A stretch of DNA of 64,000 nt from Nitrospirales bacterium (GCA_965203295.1 CBDBCZ010000019.1:2720001-2784000); one strand, 5' to 3'. Counted from the stretch's first letter, positions 1 through 12,115 are shown. A program made the numbers and translations. The notes: a model not told the origin generated them from the sequence alone.

Positions 1-907
1 ATGATACATAATCGTAATACCACATTCGTCGATTTTTCTGACTAGGCACGAAAATCGGGACATTCTTGGGAAGGTGAAACAACGTGCGAGGATCAACATG
101 GTCATCATGGTCATGGGTTAAAAACACAGCAGCAGGCGTTGGGAGGAGATTGGTCCACAATGACGGCACTGGAGACTCTGTAAACCAAGGCATGAGCCAA
201 GGATCAAACCAGAGAAATTTGTGTTGAGTCCTATACAGTAATGCCGCATGTCCGAGATGGATGACATCGCGGTCTTGGGTCAATTGAGTCCAGTGAGCTT
301 GAATCGAAGAGGAATCACTTAGAGCGAGACATTCATGGGTATAGAGAAGTTCGATGAATCGGGTCAACTGACGTTCTACGTCTCGTCCAGAGGCCGTGGC
401 AATCGTGCGAACTTCAGAAACCATATGGGAGCCGTTTAAATAGCCCATCAACTTTCCCACGAGAGGTGCAATTGGGCGATCAAAGGCAAATGGAACAGCA
501 GAACGTTTCGCCGCATTAAAAATTCTCACCCCCGCATAGGTCATGGAAGCTGATTTATTTCGGTCCTTTGGGAATTCCCATCGAAAAGTCCCATCCGAAT
601 TCCGTCCACATTGAATATGCGACTGTAACCGAGGGCGAGACTGAACCACTTCCGCATACGCGTCTTCTATCCTTCCCGCAATTGATGGATCATCAAGGGA
701 CGTTCGACGGGAAAAGACGTCACTGATGGCCGTCTCAATTGAACTGAGGAGGATTTCGTGAACTTCATGGAGACTGGCTAGAACCTCAGGATCGACTCCA
801 CCAATAAAAGGAAAAGGACCAGGCGGCTCCGAACTCTCTAATTGGACCCACACCCAAGGCTGAAGACCAATATATTGATTGATTCCTAGCTTGTCCCAAA
901 TAGTCAA
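1..907 (-). CDS. MBL-fold metallo-hydrolase with long N-terminal extension (runs off window edge)
   Basis: Manual translation (not in ORF track): TTG at 907 after AAGGAG, open to window start; contains VIHLGHAALL..FDPW..FLTHDHDDHVDP (HxHxDH motif). Confidence 0.8.
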   Translation of the reverse strand, partial: MTIWDKLGINQYIGLQPWVWVQLESSEPPGPFPFIGGVDPEVLASLHEVHEILLSSIETAISDVFSRRTSLDDPSIAGRIEDAYAEVVQSRPRLQSHIQCGRNSDGTFRWEFPKDRNKSASMTYAGVRIFNAAKRSAVPFAFDRPIAPLVGKLMGYLNGSHMVSEVRTIATASGRDVERQLTRFIELLYTHECLALSDSSSIQAHWTQLTQDRDVIHLGHAALLYRTQHKFLWFDPWLMPWFTESPVPSLWTNLLPTPAAVFLTHDHDDHVDPRTLFHLPKNVPIFVPSQKNRRMWYYDYVS

Positions 908-966
908 ATCTTTACTCCTTGGATAACCGCAGGAAATACTTCCCCCAGCTCCAGTCGACGTTCTTT

Positions 967-1413
967 TTAGGAGTGTTCCATGAGCTTCAGGGAACTCACA
1001 GTCGGTTCGTACAATATCTGAATCGTCACGCGATCGAGATCCGCCAAATAAAATGAGTAACTGCCATCTCGGTGAAGCTTTGGTGGTTGGACAATCGTGA
1101 CACCATGCCCTACAACCTTTTGATAGAAATGATCCACACTGCTTGTCGAATCCACAATGAACCCAAAATGATCAAGGAATTGCCCGTGATCCGGTTGGTA
1201 ATGCTTCAGTTCATGAGTTGGAATTTGGTGGAGAGCAAGGTTATCTATTCCAGAGCTTAGATAGACATTATCTTCATCGGGTTGCCATACCACTTTCATA
1301 TTAAACAGGGTTTGATAGAACCTCTGCGACTCGGCCAAATTGGTCACTTTCAAGGCCAAATGTCGAAGCCCCCCGAAGCATCCCGGGATTGTCTGATCGC
1401 AGGATTCCATCAA
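967..1413 (-). CDS. VOC/glyoxalase family protein
   Basis: GLRHLALKVTNLAESQRFY, LDHFGFIV, YSFYLAD motifs of VOC fold. Confidence 0.85.
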   Translation of the reverse strand: MMESCDQTIPGCFGGLRHLALKVTNLAESQRFYQTLFNMKVVWQPDEDNVYLSSGIDNLALHQIPTHELKHYQPDHGQFLDHFGFIVDSTSSVDHFYQKVVGHGVTIVQPPKLHRDGSYSFYLADLDRVTIQILYEPTVSSLKLMEHS

Positions 1414-1692
1414 GACACTGTTAAACTGGTTTGGTGATAAGCCTTTCGAGACAACTCATTGGTGAACGCCATTATCATAACGTTGCACATCTTAAGGGAC
1501 AACCCTCCGTTTTGACACATCATGAACTTCCACAATGAACCATCAATCTCGGAAACCTTACAGCATGGCTTAAATTTCTCTTGTTCTTTTTTGGCTATGT
1601 GATACCTTAACGTGGGAAACGGTTCTTCTCCTTAAAAGAACAATCTTCTTATGTCACTTCTGAGTCGGATATACAGGTAACGTCATCGTCTT

Positions 1693-2553
1693 ATGATTGA
1701 ACCATCTGAAAAAAAAGGATTTAACGGTCTCAAGGTCGCGGCTTTCGAAAGCCGAATGGGACTTGAAATGACACGCCTTATTTCTCGGTATGGTGGAAAC
1801 CCTTTAGTGGCTCCTGCCCTACAAGAAATCCCTTTGGAAAATAACGTTCAAGCTCTGTCCTTCGGGGAACGTGTGTTAGCTCAGAAAGTAGACCTACTCA
1901 TTTTATTAACGGGGGTCGGGACACGGTTCATGTTCGATATCTGGAAGACTCGTTTCCCGTTATCATCCATTATTCAGGCTCTTTCAAAGACACCTTTGGT
2001 CGCTCGGGGTCCCAAACCAATTGCCGTATTGAAAGAGGTGGGATTAACCCCTCAATTGGTCGTTTCAGAACCTAACACATGGCAGGATATACTCACCACC
2101 CTTGACGAACATATGCCCAATGGTCTTAAGGGACTACAAGTTGGGGTTCAGGAATATGGTGTCTCAAACACCGACTTCTTAGACGGCTTGAAAAACCGCG
2201 GTGCCATCATTACTCCCATTCCCATTTATCGATGGGAGCTTCCACAAGACCTTGGTCCTTTGAAAAAAGTTTTACACGCTATTGTGAACAACCAGGTGGA
2301 CTGTCTCTTAATTACTAATGCCGCTCAAGTGGATCATATTGTGAAAGTTTTGGAACAAGAGGGGCAAGTGAACCAGTTTCGTCAAGCCCTCGACCAAATC
2401 ATCGTGGTATCAATAGGACAAATTACCACTGAGCGGTTGAAACATCATCGGCTTCCCGTGGATTTTGAACCTTCGCATTCTAAAATAGGGGTCATGGTGA
2501 AAGAAGCCAGTGAACAAGCCTCAGCACTACTTCGCCGCAAACATCAACCCTAG
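1693..2553 (+). CDS. hemD: Uroporphyrinogen-III synthase
   Basis: VAAFESR, LTGVG, ARGPKP, YRWELP, SIGQIT motifs typical of HemD; intact 286 aa. Confidence 0.85.
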   Translation: MIEPSEKKGFNGLKVAAFESRMGLEMTRLISRYGGNPLVAPALQEIPLENNVQALSFGERVLAQKVDLLILLTGVGTRFMFDIWKTRFPLSSIIQALSKTPLVARGPKPIAVLKEVGLTPQLVVSEPNTWQDILTTLDEHMPNGLKGLQVGVQEYGVSNTDFLDGLKNRGAIITPIPIYRWELPQDLGPLKKVLHAIVNNQVDCLLITNAAQVDHIVKVLEQEGQVNQFRQALDQIIVVSIGQITTERLKHHRLPVDFEPSHSKIGVMVKEASEQASALLRRKHQP

Positions 2554-2663
2554 AGTTTATCGGTTTACCTAATATTTCCTGTCTTGTCCCCCTCCAAGAA
2601 CTTTTCGGCGGACCATGAATCTATCGTTTCTCCTACCTCCTCATTATCTTGATTATGCTCAAC

Positions 2664-2885
2664 CTACAATCTCACCAAGACCGTCCCTGACAAAATGACC
2701 ACGAGCCCAAAAAAGAGGGCAGTTCGAGCTACCCAGGGTGACACAGCAACGAGTTGTCGTTGGGTCTCGGTCATGGCAGAGGTAGCCATCTGTTTAATTT
2801 GTACGACTCGTGGACCAATTATCAGGTCATGGACTACAGTTAACCCAATGAGAAAGCCAACCGAAATGAGCTTGATAAACAGCAC
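2664..2885 (-). pseudogene. C-terminal remnant of CopD-like/DUF4149 membrane protein
   Basis: KLISV...HDLIIGPR plus terminal TM helix; N-terminal part not found. Confidence 0.5.
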
Positions 2886-3063
2886 CGTAGGCCGTGTTTC
2901 AAAGGTGGTCTACGATTATGATCAATTGTTCTTATGGGACTCTCGGACTACCGTAAGGTCCCAGCAAGAAGACTATTGAATGAGGAGGAGAGCTCTGAGT
3001 TGATTCCTATCCTTCAGTCAGATTCATCCAAAAAATCTTTGAAAGATAGTAGGAAAGAAGCAA

Positions 3064-3800
3064 TTAAGAGAGGAGTTTGAGATGCGGGGATTGCCCGGCA
3101 GCCCGTCCTAGCTGCTCAGGCCTAAGAATGGTAATGGCATGACCATCTAATTTAATAATCTGATCGGCTTGAAGAGAATGAAGGAGTCGCACTGCGGTTT
3201 CAACCGTCATGGCCGCCATCTGGGCCAACTCCTCGCGCTTAAGGTGAAGCGAGATTCGTGAGCCTTGAGTCGTCGTCTCACTATACCGATCAGCCAATTC
3301 CAACAAAAGGGGGGCCATTCGCTCACGCGCTAAGGAAAACGCGAATTGGTCTGTCTCATCAAAAGAAAGGCTTCCCTCATGACTCAAGAGCTGAATGACC
3401 TTAAAGGCTAATTCACCATTTTTTTCGAGGAAAGCCAGTACCTTGTGCGATCGATGACGCAAATTTGAGAAGGCTCCACTGCTTCACAGGTCATTTGATG
3501 CAAGGCCCCTTCTTGAAAAATGTGCTTCTCAATCAGTTGGCCTAGATCCACAATCTTTATAACTCGACGTTGACCCTTAATCGTTCACCGAGTCAGTTTC
3601 ACTCGACCTGCGCCTAAGATATAAAGCCCTAACGCCGCGTGACCTTCATAGAACACGAACTGGCCTGGTTGGTAGATCACAGTCCGCTTTATTTTTTCAA
3701 AATCTACGGCCTCTGACCCTCCTTCACCACAAAGATCCTCTACAGCTCGATTTGGGCAGACTTCACAGTTAGTATGAGGAAGAGAAGAAAGACGATTCAT
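3064..3800 (-). pseudogene. Crp/Fnr-family regulator with N-terminal Cys cluster, disrupted
   Basis: CEVC..C N-terminus, cNMP-like domain (VFYEG..LYIL..GRVKL), HTH (REELAQMAAMTVETAVRLL); in-frame TGA at 3585-3587 and a frameshift near 3440. Confidence 0.8.
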
Positions 3801-3897
3801 ATCTCTTGTTTAGCTCACTCCAAAATCAGACATGAGAGTAATGTGTCTCCCTTAACTTACCTTAAGGACGAATAATTCCAATGCCCTAGGTGAGAAG

Positions 3898-4506
3898 TTA
3901 TTCTCCCTCTTTAAGAGGAAGCGGAAATGAGATAATAATCCCTCCCATCACATCTCCGAGCTTGTAATCACGCTTGGAACTCAAAATGTGGCCATTGTGG
4001 CAGTTAACACATTCTTTGGAAACTGCCAAATCGGCATAGACCGCTTTGAAAAACTTTTGGTCACCCCTTTTGATGACCCCACTATAGACCTCAGTAGGGT
4101 CTTCGGCCACCACCTTTAATCCGGTCTCCTCAAACACCGTGCTTGGCCCATTTTCTTCATAGATAGGATAGAGACTTGCCAGACGATAGCGGAGACCTGT
4201 CCCCCCCATTTCTACGGTACGTCCAGCCATCAACAACATCTGAGCGGGCAGTGGAAGGGCCTTCCGTTGTTTCCAAGCTTCTGCAGCTGCAGCGATCACA
4301 ATTCTATTTTCATGCATGCGCTCGACAACATGTGTGGTGTATATAGCCCGGTCCGCCGCAATAACAGCATGGATATAATCCGCCACGATCTCTGGCGAAA
4401 ATCCAACCCCCTCTTCCCCTTCCTCCGCTCCGATGGAAATTCCCACACATCCTATGATGACCAGGATAGAAGCGACTATTCCTAACATGAGACCTGTTTT
4501 ACTCAT
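3898..4506 (-). CDS. DUF3365 (Tll0287-like) periplasmic c-type heme protein
   Basis: Signal/TM N-terminus after AGGAGG; PLPAQ motif; CVNCH heme-binding motif followed by YKLGDVMGG. Confidence 0.8.
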   Translation of the reverse strand: MSKTGLMLGIVASILVIIGCVGISIGAEEGEEGVGFSPEIVADYIHAVIAADRAIYTTHVVERMHENRIVIAAAAEAWKQRKALPLPAQMLLMAGRTVEMGGTGLRYRLASLYPIYEENGPSTVFEETGLKVVAEDPTEVYSGVIKRGDQKFFKAVYADLAVSKECVNCHNGHILSSKRDYKLGDVMGGIIISFPLPLKEGE

Positions 4507-4719
4507 AGCAACCCTCCTTTCATCCATCTAAGGTTTCGGAAGATGAGTATTTCAGGCGGCAAAACAGTTTGAAAGCCACGTTTTCGAGAACAATCTGTAA
4601 TGTGAGTGTCATCACCCACCCTTTTCAATGGGACAATGTTGTGAACAATTATCCCTCAGTTCCAGCAATAAATCCAGCTGGATTTTCTGCATGGAAAGAG
4701 TCCTCTCTACCCAATCCTG

Positions 4720-5637
4720 TTATGGTTTCTGAACCCTAATCGAAGGGACAATCTCCACGCCTTCGCCCAAGAGTTCAAGCCCGAACCGTGGGTTTTTCTC
4801 TATTTCATGGGCGCTCCGTCGTCCCTTTGGAGACTGGTACACAAAATGTGCCGCAACGGAAAGGTTAGCTTTCACCGTCACTTTCTGTTCCAAAAATTTA
4901 TTCATACCAGGGTGCCAAGCGGCAATTTTATATTCTCCAGGTGGAACATTCGTGATTTCAAATATTCCATCCTCTTTGGTAATCGCAAAATAGGGATTCT
5001 TGACCACCAATCCCCACGAAAACATGTAAGGATGAAACCCGCATTGCATGACAAAAATATTCCGTCCTTTTCGTAAATGAATTTTTTCTACCATGGGTTT
5101 ACCGGCCATGTATTTTTTACCAAAAACTCCGGCCAGCTCCAGAAACGGATTCATGGGCAACGGCCGGTTAAACAATATCCTTGCCCCACGTTCCCGAGCG
5201 GTCTCGTATCCCTGAATATCATGTTCCACAGGGTCCATATTCACCACCTCGATTTCATCCCTGTCTCTTAAGACATTGACGAATGGAATAAAATCACAGT
5301 CTTTGGATTCAATCCGAACCCTCGGCATGGTAAACGTTTTCCCTTTGGTCACATTTTTCAGCATGACCACCACATCTTTTAAACTTTTATCTGGGCCAAT
5401 AATAAAATCCTCCACAAGCCGCCACCCAGTGCCTGTGGAAATAGTCCCACAAAAGACTGGATCAGGAATGGTTACCAGGTTAAAAGCCATTGGCCTGGGT
5501 TTCCCCCCTTCCAATGTGACCTTTCCGTGGATCGTGCCCCCATTGGTCACAGTAATTTCTTGATAAGCCCACACGGACTGATCAAACAGGCCAATATTCA
5601 ATCCTATCGCCATCAAAAAAACGAGGAGTTTCATCAA
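4720..5637 (-). CDS. Secreted protein with carboxypeptidase-regulatory-like domain and putative Cu-type site
   Basis: Signal peptide, NGGTIHGKV, N.D.VEHD, CGFHPYM, YFAIT..DG.FEI..VPPGEY.I.AWHP. Confidence 0.7.
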   Translation of the reverse strand: MMKLLVFLMAIGLNIGLFDQSVWAYQEITVTNGGTIHGKVTLEGGKPRPMAFNLVTIPDPVFCGTISTGTGWRLVEDFIIGPDKSLKDVVVMLKNVTKGKTFTMPRVRIESKDCDFIPFVNVLRDRDEIEVVNMDPVEHDIQGYETARERGARILFNRPLPMNPFLELAGVFGKKYMAGKPMVEKIHLRKGRNIFVMQCGFHPYMFSWGLVVKNPYFAITKEDGIFEITNVPPGEYKIAAWHPGMNKFLEQKVTVKANLSVAAHFVYQSPKGRRSAHEIEKNPRFGLELLGEGVEIVPSIRVQKP

Positions 5638-5694
5638 TCCCTCCTTACCAAATGAATAGACCCCTTTCTGAATCCGGCATCTTACCAGAATTTC

Positions 5695-5730
5695 AAAAAA
5701 AACGGGGGAGCCTCACTGGGCTTCCTCGTT
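5695..5730 (-). terminator. Rho-independent terminator after MCO
   Basis: On minus strand a GC-rich hairpin (GGAAGCC..GGCTCC) followed by a T-run, just downstream of the MCO stop at 5763. Confidence 0.65.
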
Positions 5731-5762
5731 CAGAACAACCCGTTCTTTCAAATCCCCCTCGG

Positions 5763-8700
5763 TTATTTGAAAGACGCCGGAGTGGGTTTAATGGACTCAG
5801 GCTGATCCAGTTGGGCGGTCGCCCTTCCAACGGCCGCTCCTCCTAGAGATTGGATCCGGGAGTCGTTGGCGGGCAGCACCCGGAGTAGGCCCCACTGGCC
5901 TGACTGAGAATAATTGAGCCGTCCGTTGGACCATACATAATCAGCACTTCTCGCGTTCCGACCACCTGCCGAGGATACGAACACATCCACGCCCTCGGAA
6001 GCAGCAAATTCGACTGTACTGATCATGTCAGCTCCTTCCATGAATGGCTCAATGGGCCATTCATGATCCTCAATGGTGAACATGCTATTCTGTTCACTTG
6101 CCGCCCCAAACACATGCACCCGAACCGGATCGCCTGCATGGGCTTGAATGATCGGTGTCACCGGGTCCTGCGGATTATCCACTTCGCAGGGTTGGAACAT
6201 CCTGCCAAGCGAACACCCAGTTTCTTCCCAGTGCAAATAGGGTTCTGAGCGGTAGTTCACGCCAGTCAACCCAGCCACGTTTTGCACATAGGGCATGAAG
6301 GCTGTCCCCATGATGTTGTCTTCGTCCTGGAAGTACAAGGCGGCATCCCGGTAATTGGGCCGGTTCTCTTGACCTTGGACAGACCGATCAACAATGACAT
6401 CAGCCACCCAGCTATTCTTCAGAGAAATATCAGCCCCGGTCTTGGGATCCCGATATTGCGAACCCTTCGGACCAATGATGACACCGCCGAACAAACCGTT
6501 CCTCACGTTCATCGCGACATTCCCGAAATCCCACACCACCATTTGCATTTCTCCGTTGAAGGGATCTGCATAGTAGGTGTAGGTCCGGCTTTCCCCTGGA
6601 CCAACGGTCTGATCACCAGGGTTGTTCCCAAGATTCAACCCCAAGGAATCCTTAGGATCGAATGCCATCCCCATAGCCGAGAATGAGGCCCGGCTATTTT
6701 TCATCTTGTTCGTGAGTTTCACTTTCATGCAATCACCCACGTTGACTCGAAGGGTCAGCGGCATCGGTTGCGAGCCGCCAGCAACCCGCGCCAAATCTTG
6801 CTCCAAGACATAGATTTTAGCATCCGGATTTCGCAGCTCAATCTTGCGCTCAAAGTCTACTTCTATGGTTTCTGGCGCATTGGGATTAAAGCTCATTTGT
6901 GGGTAATCAATCGCCACAACATTGAACTTCTTGACTGGCGCATCACTTGGACAGACTGGAAGCGCTGCCGGTATTCCCTCTCCTCCAGTTGCCTGATTCG
7001 GCAATGGTTGAAGATCTCCCATAGGTTTGTCGTGGACCTGAATAATTCCCCACGATCCTTCCGAGAACTTGGAAAATCTTCCGTTGAACACTAAATAGTC
7101 CCCTGCCTGCCGACGAGGACCACCGGCATCCGGAAGGACCAAGTCATACCGCTCCGCGATACCAATATGGAGTGAATTTTTCCGATTGGCATCGGACGCG
7201 TACCGCTCAGACCAGAAGGTATGCCCCGAGAGCGTCATCACATTGCTCTCATTCATGGTGACATCCAACATCCGGAGAAACATCGTATCGCCCACTTAGG
7301 CCCGAAGCATCGGCGTAAACGGATCACCGTGCACCGCACTACTAAAGAGTTTCGAAGTATCCGGATTGTTCGACAACCGCTGGGCAAATGGCTCAGCCCG
7401 CCATTTGAAGGTGCCCCCCGTCGTATGCGTTCCTCCATTCAGGAAGGGCATTGGGGTCATTTTGATCTTTTTGGTTGGAGGCATGATGAAAGCCACGGTC
7501 TTTCCGGCTTCCAATGCCACTTCTATCGGCTGTCCAGGAGGATTCCCTGCCGTCACCACATTGACCGTATGAGGAACGGTATCCTGGATATGCAGCATAT
7601 ATTCCCGGAAACTCCCGGCTACATCATGACCAATCCGCTCCACTGCGTGAATGTCAGCCAGCGGTCCGGTGCGTTTTGGCGCTCCAGTCTTTGGATCATG
7701 CCAAGTTGACCCAAAGGGCTCGATGATAATCGTGCCTACCGCACCATGAGGCCAAGTGGTTCCACCAAAGGCATGATCGTGCCAGAACGTGGTTCCACAT
7801 CCACATCCGCCCAGAAACGTTGCCAGACGTATTCCACTGTCACGATCTCGCCGACAGCGTGGGCGTTCTTTAACGGATGGGTGAAGGTCAACGTTCCATT
7901 CCCGATCTTCGCGATCCTTTGAATTTCCCATTTCCCTACTTGATCCACACCGATCATGATTGGGATCCCCACATGATATTGCTTGGCATTGGAGATATGA
8001 ATGGTCTTATCCCCAGCACTGGCTGCCTTTGTCATCTTGGCATTCATCGGAACGGGCAGCCCCTTCTCTTTCTCCTTTTTAAATTGAACGAAGGGCCGCA
8101 TAGATTGTTCGTAAGACATCCCCGAAATCACACCGTCCGAGGCTTGGTTGTCAAACTGAATAAAATGGAAATGGGTATTGATTTTTGAGGATTGGAAGTT
8201 TGTCACATCATCATCCACCCATTCGCTGGTCAGGAGCCAATCCACGCAATCATAAATATTGGCCCGAAGAATGAGCGGGTATTTCAGATCGTTGTTCGCG
8301 CGAACGGCAGCTTCCTCTTCGTGCACGACATAGATCAAGCCATTCTCATCTACGATCGCCGGTTCACTCCCCTGGGCGTCTACTAGCGTGACCTCCGTTT
8401 CGATGAAATGCACATTGTATTTCGTCCGACGAGCTCGTTTCGGGCACAAACTCCATCGTCCGTTTTCACCAGGTTCTGCCATATACACGCTTGGCGTCCC
8501 ATCATCGTTCCGTCTGATGGGCTCAAGCCAAGAAGCTCCGTTGTGATCTTTCGAGAAGGGAACCCTTTTTCCGAAATGTGGAGTGACCCACGGCCAAGCG
8601 ACCTTCCCGGTTCTTGGCTCAAACCAAATAGCCCGCCGTTCCCCAGGTGTATACCCTTGCCACTCCGGCTGATACTTGGGGGTTTTCGCCAAAGTGGCTT

Positions 8701-10686
8701 CTTTTTCGCTCATGGCTTTATTGCCCTGCCACATCCAATCCATAACCGTGGCGTCATAGGCCATGAGTTGTCCCTTTTCATCACTCGTATTCCCTGGTAG
8801 GCCTTGACTGACCAATTGCATTTCCACCCAGTCTTTAATGGTGATCACTGGTGGATTGCTTTTCTAATTGCTCTTTCCACTACCCACAATCTTGAATTTA
8901 TCCCCGAACCAGTTGACCGTCTTGCCGACTAATTGATCTGAGGTCACCGGCTTATGAATCCGGCCAAGCCGATCCGGAAGTTCCCGCATTGATGGCATGA
9001 TGTCGTTTTGGATCCCTGGGACTTGCAATGTGTTATATACCCGCCAGTATCCCCACATACCAGCCACATAATGGTGCGCCACATGGCAGTGATACAGGAA
9101 TTCTCCGGCCAACCATTGACACAGCCCCGAACCACATTCCGTTTCGAGATCCAAGGCTTCTGCCGGCCCAATGAGTTCCACATCGACTCGGTCAGATTTC
9201 GTGCGAATCACTGGATACTTCACTGGACCGTTTTGGCCCATAGTCCACACCGGCATTTGGGTGGCCCGGGGGCTCCGCTGCCAACGAATTGATCCCCCAT
9301 GCGGATGGTGTGAATGGAATACTTCGGAACCACCATGGATCACCCGCCACTTGCCAGGGTCACCCAAATAGCTTCGCGGAATGGTTGGTGACGCATCGCC
9401 GAATGTGTAACTGCTATACGCCATCGATTCGTCTTCAAACCCAAAGTATTCATGTTGAATATGCATGTTGTTGATGCCAAACGGTTCGATTCCGTAGTTC
9501 AACGCCCGGGCGCCAGGCCGATAAGCATCTGTGAGAGGGTCGCGTTGCGGGAGAAAGTCCCCATGCTTGTTGACCGGTCGGAAAGCTTCGTCGCCGATTT
9601 CATGGTAGATGACGACGAATTCATGAAAGTCAGGGCCGGTCCCATTTTCAATCATGACCTGCCAGCCACTTCGAGCTTCTGTTGCTGGTCCCGTTCCCAA
9701 CGGCTCCCAATACTTGGAATTCCGAGGTTCCACGATGAACGCTCCAGCGAGGCCCAACACGGTAAGTTCCCGGTCATTGCTCCCCTTGGTGTGGAACTGG
9801 AGGCCACCCTCTTGGACATCGAGATGAATATACCATTCCATCTCAATAGACTTACCTTCCGCCGCAACGGAATCCGGATTGGTCGTGACAGCTGGTTGCC
9901 CTGTGTTGCTCATCACCATATCGGATCCATTAATATGCAAACTGACCTCTTCGCCGAATTCCAAATTGTTGCGAAGGGTAAACTTCACGCAATCCCCTTG
10001 GTTTCCACGAATGACCAAAGGCTGAACCCATTGATCTTGGACCCCGGGAATAATGGCCCCACGATCATAGTGCCCTTCAACTTCTCTCGCTGCCCTGTTC
10101 TTGGCTTCTTCAGCTCGGACTTTGTCTACATTTTCCGTAAGGACGTACATATACCCTGGATAGTAGTCCAGCCACGCATTCAAGGTAATCTCTGCATTGA
10201 TTGCCGAAATGTCATAGGACTTGACCGGAACTCCCTTGGGACATAGTCCGCCTTTGTTGGAGACGGGTTCTACCTGAGGATCCGACATCAGAAGCCCGTT
10301 GGCCTTTCCTGCACCATATTGGTGCATCATGGACATGGTGTTGTAGTTCCCGGTGTTGGGACCCTGATGACCCATCTCTTCTTGCATCTGGTCCATCAGG
10401 CGTGTTGCCTCTCTACCAAGGCCGCCCGCTCGGATCGGCCTTCCATTGAATTCTCGACTATGGTTTGGCCTTTAAGTTTTTCAGCCCACGCTGGGCTTTG
10501 GCTAGCCATGGCCACGGTCTGGGTTTTCGCGGAAGCGGATGAATCTTCCGCTTTGATAATGGGAGGGTGACTCAGGAGGATTGGTCCTCCCAGGAGTCCG
10601 AGGTGTTTTTTCGGGGTCTTGTTCTCCCCAATGTTCCGGCCTCTCCATTTGTCCCTTATATAAGGGCCGGCGAAGAACTTCCTCAA
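5763..10686 (-). pseudogene. Giant (~1600 aa) MnxG-like multicopper oxidase, split into 5 ORFs
   Basis: Cu motifs FHSHHPHGG, YHCHVAHHYVAGMWG, HFHFIQFDNQASDG, FWHDH; breaks: frameshift ~10396, in-frame TAG 8864-8866, frameshift ~7795, in-frame TAA 7296-7298. Confidence 0.85.
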
Positions 10687-10750
10687 AGGAGGTTTGGGTA
10701 TTTCGGAGGCCGGTCCATCACACCCAGCTCTTCATCGGCAAGCAATACAT

Positions 10751-10766
10751 AGCAAGGCGAATACCA
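10751..10766 (-). promoter_or_regulatory. Sigma-54 (-24/-12) promoter of MCO cluster
   Basis: TGGTATTCGCCTTGCT, GG-N10-GC, upstream of MCO. Confidence 0.7.
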
Positions 10767-10950
10767 ATAGAAAAAATTTTGAAAAATAATGAAATGTCGA
10801 ATGAATTAATCAGAAAAATCAACAACTTATATTCAATTTTTTCGGATCAATTCAATTTAAATGATGGCCGACGGAATGTCTCTATTTGCCATTAGGATTG
10901 GACGAAAAATGAGAACCTTATTAAATCATTGCGTTTTTCAATGGGTTAGG

Positions 10951-10970
10951 TTGTCTAAAATTTTAGACAA
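10951..10970. promoter_or_regulatory. Perfect 20-bp palindrome, putative enhancer site
   Basis: TTGTCTAAAATTTTAGACAA, ~185 bp upstream of the sigma-54 motif; could also act in termination of the adjacent regulator gene. Confidence 0.55.
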
Positions 10971-11011
10971 AAATTCTTGATGTTGTGGCAAATAAGGACA
11001 TTGGAGGAGGG

Positions 11012-12107
11012 CTATTCAATTTGGTAGGTTTTTAACTTGTTGTACAAAGTCGCTCGGCTGATTTTAAGCAAGCGGGCGGCCTGAGTTTTCTTCCCTTTCA
11101 CTTCCTGGAGGACTTCGAGAATCCGGTTTTTTTCAGCATTCGAGCGGGCAGTTTTACTTATCGAAGAAAGATCACCCGGGGCTTGGTCCTCGGAGATGGG
11201 GCCAAAGACATCTGAAATCATCAGAACCGGATGAAGAGCCTTCAACGTTGCACGCTCAATGAGATTTTCTAATTCCCGGACATTGCCGGGCCAGGAATAC
11301 TTGATTAATGACTCCATAGTCTCACACGGCACAGTGACCGGATCCTCTCCTTTTTTTCGTCCCAAACGTTCCAACACATAGTCCACGAGAAGAGGAATAT
11401 CGTCGCGTCGATCCAGAAGTGGAGGAATCTCCAATGGAAGAAAGGCGATCCGGTAATACAAGTCGTGCCGGAAAGCCTTGGTTTTCATCAAATCTGAGAG
11501 AGGTTTGTTACTGGCTGAAACCACTCGAACGTTGACCTTCACGTTTCGGCTACTCCCGACCGGTTTGATTTCCCCTTCCTGAAGGACACGGAGAAGCTTT
11601 GCCTGAAACGCTAGACTTGTATCAGCAATTTCATCTAAAAAAATCGTCCCTCCCTCCGCCTCTTCAAAAAGACCTTTCATTCAATTGTTGCATGACTGGA
11701 GTCTCGCCAAGCAGAGCATGAAACGCTTCATCCCGAGAGACTGCACGACTGGGTTGTCTCTCCGGCGGAGACGTTATGGTTCCATTCCGCAACACAGTTC
11801 CATTTCTGGATAGAATTCCGGGGTGGGGATTAGGCTCTTCTTCTTGAAATACCCTGTGTGTAGGACAGAAGTCGCAAGATTTGTTTTGAAGGTCGAGGGG
11901 TTCCATTCGATCCCCAGACGCTTCTTCAAACAGTGGACAGGACTGCCCAATATTCTTTGCCGGTTCGTTAGAGTAAATGAGCCTGAGTTCTGGATCCAGA
12001 ATGACCACTGGTTCCGTGATGTGATCAGCAAGAGAACTCAAGGCTTCTACACGAGCACGAAGAATGGTGTCATCTTGATTGGGACGATTGAAATACGATC
12101 CGGCCAT
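11012..12107 (-). pseudogene. Sigma-54-dependent activator (PAS-like N-terminus, AAA+, Fis HTH) with internal deletion
   Basis: GGTIFLDE, QAKLLRVLQ, WPGNVREL, Fis HTH present; LLGETPVMQQL joins out of frame to KGLFEEA at ~11680, so Walker A and GAFTGA are absent. Confidence 0.8.
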
Positions 12108-12115
12108 CGTACGTG

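Noticed and set aside
9452..10246. Long antisense ORFs (e.g. 9452-10246, 19624-20256, 35296-35757)
   Set aside because: Shadow frames opposite well-supported genes.
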